Source: an uncultured Pseudomonadota bacterium (GTDB taxonomy: Bacteria > Pseudomonadota > Alphaproteobacteria > Caulobacterales > Caulobacteraceae). Taken from it: DNA of 64,000 nt. This document shows, piece by piece, positions 20,969 through 29,464 of the stretch. The stretch is taken from NCBI GenBank assembly GCA_963763385.1, contig CAVXOD010000003.1:66270-130269 (forward strand), given 5' to 3'. Under the pieces are notes generated by a model. That model did no database searches, was not told the DNA's origin, and saw only the letters and a program-made list of their open reading frames with translations. Numbering within the stretch: position 1 is the first letter of the stretch; each line of letters opens with the position of its first letter. Position numbers and translations under genes: made by a program.

Positions 20969-21672
20969 CCCTGCCGGACTTCCGCGGCGCCTCGGCCGCG
21001 GATGCGATCGCGGCGCTGGAGGGCCTGGGCTGGGCCCGGCTGGCGACCGGCGACTGGTCGTGGGTGCTGGCCTCGCCGGACGGAACGCAGGCGGCCAGGG
21101 TCAGCCCCTGGGACGCCGCCTACCGGATGCACGCCGAGCTCTGCCAACGCGTCAGCAACCGCTACCTGCAACGCGTCGACGCGATCCTGCCGCTCGGAAC
21201 GGTCGGCGACGTGGTGCTGATGGAGCGGCTCTTTCCGGCGCCCGAGGCCGAGAGCGCGCCGTTCTGCGCGGCGCTGGCGGTGACGGGCGACTCCGGCTGG
21301 AAGGCGCCGGACGGCGTCGATGTCCGCCGTTACGACGGCGACGCCGAACTCGACGCGTTGCGCGGCTGCCTGCGTGGCCTGGTCGCGGCGGGCGAGCAGC
21401 TGCCGTTCTGGGGCGGCCTCGACGTGCGGCCCGGCAACGTCATGATGGACAAGGCGGGCAGGCTGAAGCTGGTCGACCCGGTGTTCGTCGCCGGCCGCAA
21501 GATCGTGGCCGCCATCGAAGCGAGAGACCGCGACGCCCTCGCGGGCCTGCCGCCCGGCGCCCTGGCGGCCTTCTTCACCATCCCCGTGTTCGCCGACGGG
21601 CCGGGCGCCCTCGGCGAAGCCTGCGCGGAGATGGGGCTGCTCGTGGCTAGTTCGCCGCCGGTTTGGAGGTGA
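20965..21672 (+). CDS. Hypothetical protein with protein-kinase-like motifs
   Basis: TTG start overlapping the upstream stop; LATGDWSWV (Gly-loop-like), LMERL, DVRPGNVM and LKLVDP. Confidence 0.6.
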   Translation: MTLPDFRGASAADAIAALEGLGWARLATGDWSWVLASPDGTQAARVSPWDAAYRMHAELCQRVSNRYLQRVDAILPLGTVGDVVLMERLFPAPEAESAPFCAALAVTGDSGWKAPDGVDVRRYDGDAELDALRGCLRGLVAAGEQLPFWGGLDVRPGNVMMDKAGRLKLVDPVFVAGRKIVAAIEARDRDALAGLPPGALAAFFTIPVFADGPGALGEACAEMGLLVASSPPVWR

Positions 21673-22060
21673 TCTGGAAGCCGACGATCACCGGCTCCTT
21701 GCCGCCCGGCGACTTGAACAGCGCGGTCTGGGCCACCAGCGTGCGATCGCTGTAGCCGTAGTCGATGGTCAGGCGCGTTGTGGTGCCGGCGCCGTCGGTC
21801 TTGGCGTCCCAAGTCTCGAGGTCGATCGACCGCGCCGGCTCGTCCGGGATCATTCCGCGGAACATCGCCAGCTGCTCGGCCGACGTCGGGTTCTTCAGTT
21901 CGTGGGCGAGGTGGACGTCGCCCTCCAGGTCGACGCCGCTCTTGACCTCTTCGTAGAACTGCCGGGCGATGACCTCGGCGGCGGGGTCGAGCTCCGGCGG
22001 CGGCGCGGGCTTGCAGGCCGCCACGGCCAGCAGCACCAGGAGCGCGCCGAATCGCGCCAT
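21647..22060 (-). CDS. Hypothetical lipoprotein
   Basis: MARFGALLVLLAVAAC lipobox. Confidence 0.7.
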   Translation of the reverse strand: MARFGALLVLLAVAACKPAPPPELDPAAEVIARQFYEEVKSGVDLEGDVHLAHELKNPTSAEQLAMFRGMIPDEPARSIDLETWDAKTDGAGTTTRLTIDYGYSDRTLVAQTALFKSPGGKEPVIVGFQITSKPAAN

Positions 22061-22191
22061 CGCGACCCTCCCCGTTTCCGGCGAGGCTGGCGCCGAAGCG
22101 CAAGGCTGTCCATCGTCCGGCGGCTCTCGCCGCTTGACCCGGCCGCCCCCGCCGCGCGATGCGAGGGGTCGTTGACGGATGGAGGCGAGAC

Positions 22192-22626
22192 ATGGCCGGC
22201 GCACGGTTCAGCCAGATCAATCTGGTCTGTCACGACATGGCCGAGACGCTCGGCTTTTACCGCCGGCTCGGGCTCGAGATTCCACAGGGCGCGGTTTGGG
22301 AGTCGAGCGGTGAGGCGCACCACGCCAAGGCGGCCGGCGAGTCCACGGTCGATCTGGAGTTCGACAGCCGGCGCCTCGCGCACGCCTACAATGCGGGCTT
22401 CGCCGCCGAGCGCGGCCGGGTGCTGATCGGCGTCGCGCTGGAAAGCCGCGAGGCGGTCGACGCGCTCTGGACCAGCTTGCTGGAGGAGGGCGCGCAGGGA
22501 CTGCAGCCGCCCTACGACGCCTTCTGGGGCGCCAGGTACGCCATCGTCGAGGACCCGGACGGCAATCCGGTCGGCCTGATGAGCCCGGTGGACCCGACGC
22601 GCCGCGGCGCGCCGCCGGAGCTCTAG
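22192..22626 (+). CDS. VOC/glyoxalase family protein
   Basis: D...TLGFYRRLG and PYDAFWGARYAIVEDPDGN motifs. Confidence 0.9.
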   Translation: MAGARFSQINLVCHDMAETLGFYRRLGLEIPQGAVWESSGEAHHAKAAGESTVDLEFDSRRLAHAYNAGFAAERGRVLIGVALESREAVDALWTSLLEEGAQGLQPPYDAFWGARYAIVEDPDGNPVGLMSPVDPTRRGAPPEL

Positions 22627-22790
22627 TGTGCCGGATTTGAAGTTCGCCAGCTCATGGATCGGGTTCGGAGCGAACTTCAAATCCGAGAAAGCACACTAGG
22701 GAACACATCTCCCTTGCTAGTGTCCTTATCGATTCCGAAGTTCAACGGAGCCGCCACATGCACTTAGGAACTTCGGAATCGGGACACTAG
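22623..22790. repeat. Double-hairpin MITE/RIME-like element, second copy
   Basis: CTAGTGTGCCGGATTTGAAGTTCGC...GCGAACTTCAAATCCG..GCACACTAG followed by CTAGTGTCC...GGGACACTAG. Confidence 0.85.
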
Positions 22791-22792
22791 CG

Positions 22793-23752
22793 GTGGCGGT
22801 CTACACCGACATCAGCGACGCCGAGCTGGAGGCCTTCCTCGCCCGCTACGACCTGGGGACGCCGATCTCGTTCAAGGGCATCGCCGAGGGGGTGGAGAAC
22901 TCCAACTTCCTGATGGAGACCGACCGCGGCCGCTACTTCCTGACCATCTACGAGCGGCGGGTGCGGGCGGAGGACCTGCCGTTCTTCCTCGGTTTCATGC
23001 AGCACCTGGCGCAGCACGGCTTTCCGAGCGCGACGCCGATCGCCGCCCGGAACGGCGAACTGCTGGGCGACCTGCGCGGCAAGCCGGCCGCGATCGTCTC
23101 GTTCCTGACCGGCATCTCGGTCAGGCGCCCGAGCCCCGACCACTGCCGCGAGGCCGGCCGGGGCCTGGCCTGGCTGCACGAGGCCGGCGCGGGCTTCGCC
23201 GGGCGACGGGCGAACGACCTCGGCCAGGCGTCCTGGGCGCCGCTGTTCGAACCCTTGCGCGGCGAGGCTGAGGCGCTGAAGCCGGGGATGGCGGCGGTGA
23301 TCGACGGCGACCTCGCGCACCTCGCCGCGAGGTGGCCGCGAGGCCTGCCGGAGGGCGTGGTCCACGCCGACTACTTCCCCGACAACGTCTTCTTCCGCGA
23401 GGGGCGGTTCTCCGCCGCGTTCGACTTCTACTTCGCCGCCTGGGATGCGCTCGCCTACGATATCGGCGTCGCCCTGAACGCCTGGTGCTTCGAGCCCGAC
23501 GGCAGCTTCAACGTCACCGCCGCCAGCGCCTTCCTGTCCGGCTACCAGAGCCGCCGCCCGCTCTCGGCCGAGGAGCGCGCCGCGTTGCCGATCCTGGCGC
23601 ACGGCGCGGCGCTGCGATTCTTCCTGACCCGGCTGGCCGACTGGCGCGCGACGCCGGCCGGCGCGCTGGTCAAGCCGAAGGACCCGATGGAGTACGAGCG
23701 CAAGCTGGCGGTGCACCGCGCCGGCCTGACGCTGTTCGAGGCGTCGCCGTGA
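22793..23752 (+). CDS. thrB: Homoserine kinase type II
   Basis: [31 protein letters not shown] and KDP.EY motifs; thrB-rnhA synteny. Confidence 0.95.
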   Translation: MAVYTDISDAELEAFLARYDLGTPISFKGIAEGVENSNFLMETDRGRYFLTIYERRVRAEDLPFFLGFMQHLAQHGFPSATPIAARNGELLGDLRGKPAAIVSFLTGISVRRPSPDHCREAGRGLAWLHEAGAGFAGRRANDLGQASWAPLFEPLRGEAEALKPGMAAVIDGDLAHLAARWPRGLPEGVVHADYFPDNVFFREGRFSAAFDFYFAAWDALAYDIGVALNAWCFEPDGSFNVTAASAFLSGYQSRRPLSAEERAALPILAHGAALRFFLTRLADWRATPAGALVKPKDPMEYERKLAVHRAGLTLFEASP

Positions 23753-24222
23753 GCGCCTCTGCAACGGGCGCTGTCGGACCCAGGGTGCTGATCTATACCG
23801 ACGGCGCCTGCCGCGGGAATCCGGGACCTGGCGGCTGGGGCGCGGTGCTGATGTTCGGCGAGCGCGAGCGGGAGATCTGGGGCGGCGAGGCGGCCACCAC
23901 CAACAACCGCATGGAGCTGACCGCCGCGATCGAAGCGCTGGAGGCGCTGAAGCGCCCCTGCGAGGTCGAGCTGCACACCGACAGCAAGTACGTCCAGAGC
24001 GGCATCACCGAGTGGCTCTCGCTGTGGAAGGCGCGCGGCTGGCGCACGATGAGCAAGGGCGCGGTCAAGAACGAGGACCTCTGGCGCCGGCTGGACCAGG
24101 CCCGGCTGCGCCACCAGGTGGACTGGCGCTGGGTCAAAGGCCATGCCGGCCACGAGTTCAACGAGCGCGCCGACGGCCTTGCCCGCCGCGGCCTGGAGGA
24201 GATTGAAGCGCGGCAGAATTAA
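23749..24222 (+). CDS. rnhA: Ribonuclease HI
   Basis: [24 protein letters not shown] and WVKGHAG..NERAD motifs. Confidence 0.97.
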   Translation: MSASATGAVGPRVLIYTDGACRGNPGPGGWGAVLMFGEREREIWGGEAATTNNRMELTAAIEALEALKRPCEVELHTDSKYVQSGITEWLSLWKARGWRTMSKGAVKNEDLWRRLDQARLRHQVDWRWVKGHAGHEFNERADGLARRGLEEIEARQN

Positions 24223-24263
24223 ACCTCTGGACGTTCGGCGCGCATCTTGCTCTGCTCGCGCCC

Positions 24264-24581
24264 ATGACGGGAGCGATTGCGCCAATCCGGCCCATCAGGA
24301 CGATCCGGCGGGAGCCGCCGGGCTCGGCGCCCGGCTCGCGCCAGGAAGCGCCGGCGTTCAACGTCTCGATCACCGTCGGCGCCGCCACGCCGCCCACCCA
24401 GCCGTCCCAGCCGCCGACAAACCTCGACGCCCACCTGATCGCCCAGCAGGCCCGCGTGCGCGGCCTGCGCGGCGGCCAGAACGTGCTCGACGCCGCGCGG
24501 CACAGCTATCTCGAGACCGAGTTCTCCGGCCCCAACAATCGCCGCCTGCTCGCTGGCAGGATCACCAAGACCGAGGCCTGA
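24264..24581 (+). CDS. Hypothetical protein
   Basis: Ordinary-looking ORF; AHLIAQ..R.RGLRGG..VLDAAR..YL..E.SG pattern, function unknown. Confidence 0.6.
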   Translation: MTGAIAPIRPIRTIRREPPGSAPGSRQEAPAFNVSITVGAATPPTQPSQPPTNLDAHLIAQQARVRGLRGGQNVLDAARHSYLETEFSGPNNRRLLAGRITKTEA

Positions 24582-24625
24582 CAAGGCGCCGAGCGCGGCA
24601 GCTTCGCAGCTTTTCTAACTCGCAG

Positions 24626-24641
24626 TGTTTCACGTGAAACC
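24626..24641. promoter_or_regulatory. parS-like palindrome
   Basis: TGTTTCACGTGAAACC matches the consensus parS TGTTTCACGTGAAACA at 15 of 16 positions. Confidence 0.6.
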
Positions 24642-24859
24642 GCAGAACTACCGTTAACTACGGCGCCCCGCCCGAGACCGGCGACGCGCTGGTCCCAGCT
24701 TTTCTAACGATCGACGATTTCAAAGATCCGGGGCGCTGGGCGTCGAGAGCGGGAGCAGCCCCGCAATTGATTCCCGGTCAAGGCCTCGCCGTTCCAGCAT
24801 CCCTGGCCCACCGCCTATGTCCGTGTGTGGACGCCCCGATAGACGCAAGAAGATTTTGA

Positions 24860-25087
24860 AGAGGGCTTTGGTCGCGTAGTCGAGGTGCTTCCGTGTGTCC
24901 GGCCTGTTGGTGCGGCCGTTGCACGCCGCTGGCCTGTATGGAGTTCGCGGATCAGGTCCAAGTCGCTTCCACGCGCTCGAGGCGCTTCGGACATTGATGG
25001 TTTTCCCGACCCCGTCTCACCGACTATTGCGCCATATCCCCCTTCTGACCTTCCTACGTCTCCGACTGCCTCAGGCCTCGACGGGTT
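24860..25087 (-). ncRNA. Putative bridge/seekRNA of the IS1111 element (boundaries approximate)
   Basis: Minus strand reads AAUGUCCG-aa-GCGC(CUCGA)GCGC-gu-GGAAGCG; the two guide segments match the two halves of target AATGTC-CG-CTTCC. Confidence 0.75.
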
Positions 25088-26113
25088 CTATGCCGCCACG
25101 GCCGGAGCTCTGTAGAGTCCGCCGTGCGCCATCAGCGCCCAGGCGATCCTCGCCATCTTGTTGGCCAGCGCGACCACGACCAGCATGCGCGGCTTCTTGG
25201 AGAGCATGCGCCCCAGCCAGGTGTCGGTCGGCGCGCCTTTGTTGGCGGCGGCCTTCGCGGCGGAACTCGCCCCGATGATCAGCAGCCGTCGCAAGGTGCG
25301 CTCGCCCATCTTGGAGGTGCGGCCCAGCCGCTCCTTGCCGCCGCTGGAGTGCTGTAGCGGCGTCAGCCCCAGCCAGGCGGCGAAGTCGCGGCCACGCCGG
25401 AAGGTCTGCGGCGCCGGCGCCAAGGCGACCAGCGCGGTGGCGGCGACCGGGCCGACGCCGGGGATCGTCATCAGCCGCTTGGCGAGCGCGTTGGTCTTGG
25501 CCCGCCTGGCGATCTCGAGGTCCAGGACCGCGATCCTGGTCTGCAGAGCCAGCAAGGTCTGCGTGAGCACCTCCATCGTCGATCGCGCCTCGTCGGGCAG
25601 CTCGGACGCGGGATCGACCACCAAGTCGATCAGCTTGCGCGCGTTCTCCACGCCCTGGCGGACGACCAGGCCGTACTCCGCCAGATGGCCGCGCAGAGCG
25701 TTGATCAGCTGGGTCCGCTGGCGCACCAGCAGGTCGCGCACGCGGAACACCGTCGCCGCCGCCTGCGTCTCGGCGCTCTTCGGCGTGACGAAGCGCATCG
25801 TCGGCCGCTGCGCCGCCTCGCAGATCGCTTCGGCGTCGGCCATGTCGTTCTTCTGCCGCTTCACGAACGGCTTGACGTAGGCCGGGGGGATCAGCCGCGT
25901 CTCGTGGCCGAGCGCTCCAATCTCCCGGGCCCAGTAGTGAGCCCCCGCGCAGGCCTCCATCGCCACCAGACAGCGCGGCTGGCCGGCAAAGAACGCCAGC
26001 ACCTGACCGCGCCGAAGCTTCTTACGGAAGACAACCGCCCCCACATCGTCCGCGCCGTGCGCCTGGAAAACCGACTTCGCCAGATCCAGCCCGATCGTGA
26101 TAACTTCGCCCAT
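25088..26113 (-). CDS. IS110 family transposase/recombinase (DEDD RuvC-like plus Tnp20)
   Basis: IGLDLAK, MEAC, YVKPFVKRQKNDMADAEAI, IPGVG and GLTP.QHSSGGK motifs. Confidence 0.97.
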   Translation of the reverse strand: MGEVITIGLDLAKSVFQAHGADDVGAVVFRKKLRRGQVLAFFAGQPRCLVAMEACAGAHYWAREIGALGHETRLIPPAYVKPFVKRQKNDMADAEAICEAAQRPTMRFVTPKSAETQAAATVFRVRDLLVRQRTQLINALRGHLAEYGLVVRQGVENARKLIDLVVDPASELPDEARSTMEVLTQTLLALQTRIAVLDLEIARRAKTNALAKRLMTIPGVGPVAATALVALAPAPQTFRRGRDFAAWLGLTPLQHSSGGKERLGRTSKMGERTLRRLLIIGASSAAKAAANKGAPTDTWLGRMLSKKPRMLVVVALANKMARIAWALMAHGGLYRAPAVAA

Positions 26114-26258
26114 GGACGCCTCCCTCAGTGGTGTTCAACACCTCCACTCTGGCACCTAGATGCCGTCGGGGGGCGTCCACCCCATCGCTTTCGGGCGCGA
26201 CGCGAGCGGCAGCTCTCGAACCCATTGCGGAAGCGCCTTGGCAGCGTAGCTTCGCGCA

Positions 26259-26666
26259 ATGATCGCCAAGCTTGCTCTCACCGCCGCGTTGCTGTTGCAA
26301 GCTGGAGTAGCCGACGCACATCCCGATCCGTGGAAAGCCTGGAGTGCCGACCTCGCGCGACAGTGCCCAAGCCGGAACGTCGATTTGATGGGTGACGGTG
26401 GCTACGAAGAGTTCCTGGAGGCATTCATCCCGACGCTGCCGCGCGACCGACGGCGGCAGTTTGTTCGTCTCGCCGACACCAGGCGAAAGTGCGCCAACGA
26501 GCAGGCTGGCTTCGGCTGCGAGATGTCGCGAAGCCTCTATGCAGCCCAGCGGCTCGGCCTTCTTCATCAAATGGTCCGGTTTGGTTGTCGCACCGTGAAA
26601 TGTGAAGAGGGTGCTCTGTGCAGCCGCTTTCCGGGGCGGCCGCCGCTCAGTTCAGAAGTCCGCTAA
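26259..26666 (+). CDS. Secreted cysteine-rich hypothetical protein (cassette)
   Basis: Signal peptide and six Cys; the stop codon lies inside the next repeat arm. Confidence 0.7.
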   Translation: MIAKLALTAALLLQAGVADAHPDPWKAWSADLARQCPSRNVDLMGDGGYEEFLEAFIPTLPRDRRRQFVRLADTRRKCANEQAGFGCEMSRSLYAAQRLGLLHQMVRFGCRTVKCEEGALCSRFPGRPPLSSEVR

Positions 26667-26741
26667 CCACCCGCACGGACGGCGGCGACGTCCGCTTCCG
26701 GACATGATGCCAACGGGGAGTTTCGACCCCTTGCAGACACT
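26655..26741 (+). repeat. Cassette-boundary repeat S2 (upstream CCACCC sub-site plus 55-bp core at 26687-26741)
   Basis: GAAGTCCGCTAA-CCACCC... then GACGTCCGCTTCCGGACATGATGCC-AACGGGGAGTTT-CGACCC-CTTGCAGACACT. Confidence 0.92.
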
Positions 26742-26843
26742 CAGCGTTTCGACTTGAACGCGGCCGGAAAGGTTGGGAGAGGCACCAGTGATGGCGGGAC
26801 TTCTAGCGATGCGCGTCGGCCGAGAGCACTGGCGGAGCTGCCA

Positions 26844-28055
26844 ATGGTGGAAGTGATCTCCAGCGGACTGAACGTTCGCGTCGCGGCCATCATCGCGCTC
26901 GTCTCGTTCGCCGCATCAACTGCGAGCTCCATCGCCGGCGACGCGCCCCTGCCGCTTGGCGGCGCCGCCATCCTGAGCTGGACGCCCGACCAGCAGGTTG
27001 TCGGCTACCGCAACATGGAGAAGATTGACCCGTCGCGGGTGATCCGCCGCGGCCCGCACGTGCGCGCGCTGCCCATGGCGGCGACCCAGATCGATCCGAC
27101 ATGGACCTGGAACGGACACACCTACGACGTCGCGGCGTACATGACCCGGATGCGCGCCTCCGGGGTCATCGTGCTGAAGGACGGCAGGATCGTGCTGGAG
27201 CGCTACGGCCTCGGACGCCATCCCGACGACCGCTGGACCTCGTTCTCGGTCGCCAAGTCGGTGACCTCCACCCTGATCGGCGCGGCAATCCAGGACGGCT
27301 ACATCAAGAGCCTGGATGCGCCGGTGACCGACTACATCCCCGAGCTGAAAGGCAGCGCTTACGACGGCGTCACGATCCGCCAGCTGCTGACCATGACCTC
27401 GGGCGTGAAGTGGAACGAGGACTATTCCGACCCGCACTCCGACGTCGCGCAGGCTGGCGGGGCCATCCTGGAGCCGGGCGTCAATCCGATCGTCAGCTAC
27501 ATGCGCCGGCTGCCGCGCGCCGACCCGCCGGGGACCCGGTGGGTCTACAAGACCGGCGAGACCGACCTTGCCGGCATCCTGGTCTCCAACGCGGTGGGCA
27601 GGCCGCTCGCGGACTACCTGTCGGAGAAGATCTGGGCGCCCTTCGGGATGGAGCAGGACGCCATCTGGGTCGAGGACGTCGCCGGCCACGAGCGCGGCGG
27701 CTGCTGCATCTCGATGACGCTGCGCGACTACGCCCGCTTCGGCCAGTTCATGCTCGAAGGCGGTAAGGCGGGCGGGGTTCCTGTGCTGCCGCCGGGCTGG
27801 GTCGACGACGCCACGTCGAAGCACGCAACGCTCCCGCCGGGCGAGGACGACAGCGGCTACGGTTATTTCTGGTGGCTGGTCCCCGGCGGCTACGCCGCGG
27901 AGGGCATCTTCGGCCAGGAGGTGTTCATCTATCCGCAAGACCGGGTGGTGATCGCCATCAACTCGGCCTGGCCCCAGGCCGACAACACGGAAGACTGGGT
28001 GGCCCAGGCGGCGTTCGCCGAAGCGCTGCGGTCGGCGGCCAACGCGGCGCGGTAA
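26844..28055 (+). CDS. Serine hydrolase, beta-lactamase class C/NylB-like (cassette)
   Basis: SFSVAKS (SxxK), LLTMTSG, W.Y.TGET and YGYFWW motifs; signal-like N-terminus. Confidence 0.9.
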   Translation: MVEVISSGLNVRVAAIIALVSFAASTASSIAGDAPLPLGGAAILSWTPDQQVVGYRNMEKIDPSRVIRRGPHVRALPMAATQIDPTWTWNGHTYDVAAYMTRMRASGVIVLKDGRIVLERYGLGRHPDDRWTSFSVAKSVTSTLIGAAIQDGYIKSLDAPVTDYIPELKGSAYDGVTIRQLLTMTSGVKWNEDYSDPHSDVAQAGGAILEPGVNPIVSYMRRLPRADPPGTRWVYKTGETDLAGILVSNAVGRPLADYLSEKIWAPFGMEQDAIWVEDVAGHERGGCCISMTLRDYARFGQFMLEGGKAGGVPVLPPGWVDDATSKHATLPPGEDDSGYGYFWWLVPGGYAAEGIFGQEVFIYPQDRVVIAINSAWPQADNTEDWVAQAAFAEALRSAANAAR

Positions 28056-28075
28056 CCGCCCAACTGGCCGGGCGC

Positions 28076-28130
28076 TGCGTCCGCTTCCGGGCATGACGCC
28101 AACGGGGAGTTTCGACCCAAAGCAGAAGTT
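28076..28130 (+). repeat. Cassette-boundary repeat S3 (reference copy)
   Basis: TGCGTCCGCTTCCGGGCATGACGCC-AACGGGGAGTTT-CGACCC-AAAGCAGAAGTT. Confidence 0.93.
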
Positions 28131-28181
28131 GCCCATGCTGCCAACGCCGACCATCTTCGGGCTTGAGTTGGGGGGCGCACG

Positions 28182-28757
28182 ATGAACGACAAGTTGGGAT
28201 TGGGCCGGAAACGCGTTGCGGCGCCGCTCATTGCGGCTTTCGCTATTTTGGCCTTGTCCGTTCACGCAAACGCTCAAAATGGCTGGCTGCGCGACGGATC
28301 GCCACTCGACAAGCAACCCAATACCGCGACGTCCGGCGATTTTGCCGTGATGCAAATCGCGACCACTGAGCCCGAGAAACTGATGGCCGATTGGAACGAG
28401 CCGACACCGGGCGTCTCATTGGTCACGACTACCCAGGCGACGCGCAACCAACCAATCGTCACTTTCATAGTCTTCAAGGGTTGTCGCGCCGATGCCGCTG
28501 GCAATTGCAACGTCACCGTTGACTACGTCACGCTAGGCCCTGACGGGAAAACCTACGACAACACGAAGGCGGCCGAGGTCTGGGTCGGCCACCCGCCAGC
28601 GCCCGGCCTCAATCTTCAGCTCTCAGCATCGGGATACGGCCTACGCATTGAGGATAAAGACCCGTTGGGCACGTATCGCGTCAGCGCGACGATCACAGAT
28701 CACGTGGCCGGCGCGACGCTGCACACCGAGCAATCTCTGACCATCGTCACAAAGTAG
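28182..28757 (+). CDS. Secreted hypothetical protein, beta-rich (cassette)
   Basis: Signal peptide ending ANA-Q; GC..DAAGNC; G.Y.V.ATITD.V pattern of Ig-like folds (inference). Confidence 0.75.
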   Translation: MNDKLGLGRKRVAAPLIAAFAILALSVHANAQNGWLRDGSPLDKQPNTATSGDFAVMQIATTEPEKLMADWNEPTPGVSLVTTTQATRNQPIVTFIVFKGCRADAAGNCNVTVDYVTLGPDGKTYDNTKAAEVWVGHPPAPGLNLQLSASGYGLRIEDKDPLGTYRVSATITDHVAGATLHTEQSLTIVTK

Positions 28758-28786
28758 CGAGTGGCGACGCCCAACGGGTCGCGATG

Positions 28787-28832
28787 AAAGGACCGTTTTC
28801 GGACATGGCTTCGACGACCCAAAGCTGCCGTC
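28787..28832 (+). repeat. Degenerate cassette-boundary repeat S4
   Basis: AAAGGACCGTTTTCGGACATGGC..CGACCC-AAAGCTGCCGTC; the middle arm is deleted. Confidence 0.65.
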
Positions 28833-29464
28833 GGCGAGAGCGGGCGAGAGGCCCATGTCGCGAAGGCCTGCTTCCCGTCGCCCCGGCGCGGACTCCGCGA
28901 AATGCTTGCTTTTCCTGGCAGGCTCGATACCGCAGGATCATGTCAGAGAATGCGGGAACCCGCTGAGCGTCTCGACCTAACGAGACAAGTCGCAACAGCT
29001 ACGACGGCTGCGGGGATCGCGGTCGCTCGGTCGGCTGCACACTCAGGTTCTCTACAGGCTCATCAACATGCAGATTCGGCTGGAGCGTCCCGAGGACGCG
29101 ACCACCATCCATGCCCTTACCGACACCGCCTTCGAGGGCATGCCGTTCAGCGATGGTACCGAAGCCAGGGTCATCGATGCATTGCGGGCGGCAGGCGCGT
29201 TGGCCCTTTCTCTCGTGGCGACACAGGGCGACGAAGTCGTCGGCCATGTCGCTTTTTCACCGGTCACGATCAACGGAGAGGCAGGCGCCTGGTACGGGCT
29301 TGGTCCTGTTTCGGTGTGGCCGGATCGCCAGCGGACGGGCATAGGCCAAGGCCTGATCCGCGAGGGACTGCGACAGCTCGAATTAATGGGCGCCGGTGGA
29401 TGCGTTCTCCTTGGCGACCCGGCCTACTATGCCCGCTTTGGATTCGAGAACGATCCGCACCTTA

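Larger units (their letters stand above)
24824..26185 (-). mobile_element. Complete IS110-family (IS1111 subgroup) element
   Basis: Subterminal IRs GTGGACGCCCC (24827-24837) and GGGGCGTCCAC (26170-26180); CG at both junctions; ~260-bp non-coding region downstream of the transposase. Confidence 0.92.
24816..26234 (+). repeat. Cassette-boundary repeat S1, split by the IS1111-type element
   Basis: Removing 24824-26185 and one CG restores TATGTCCGCTTTCGGGCGCGACGCG-AGCGGCAGCTCT-CGAACCC-ATTGCGGAAG. Confidence 0.82.
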
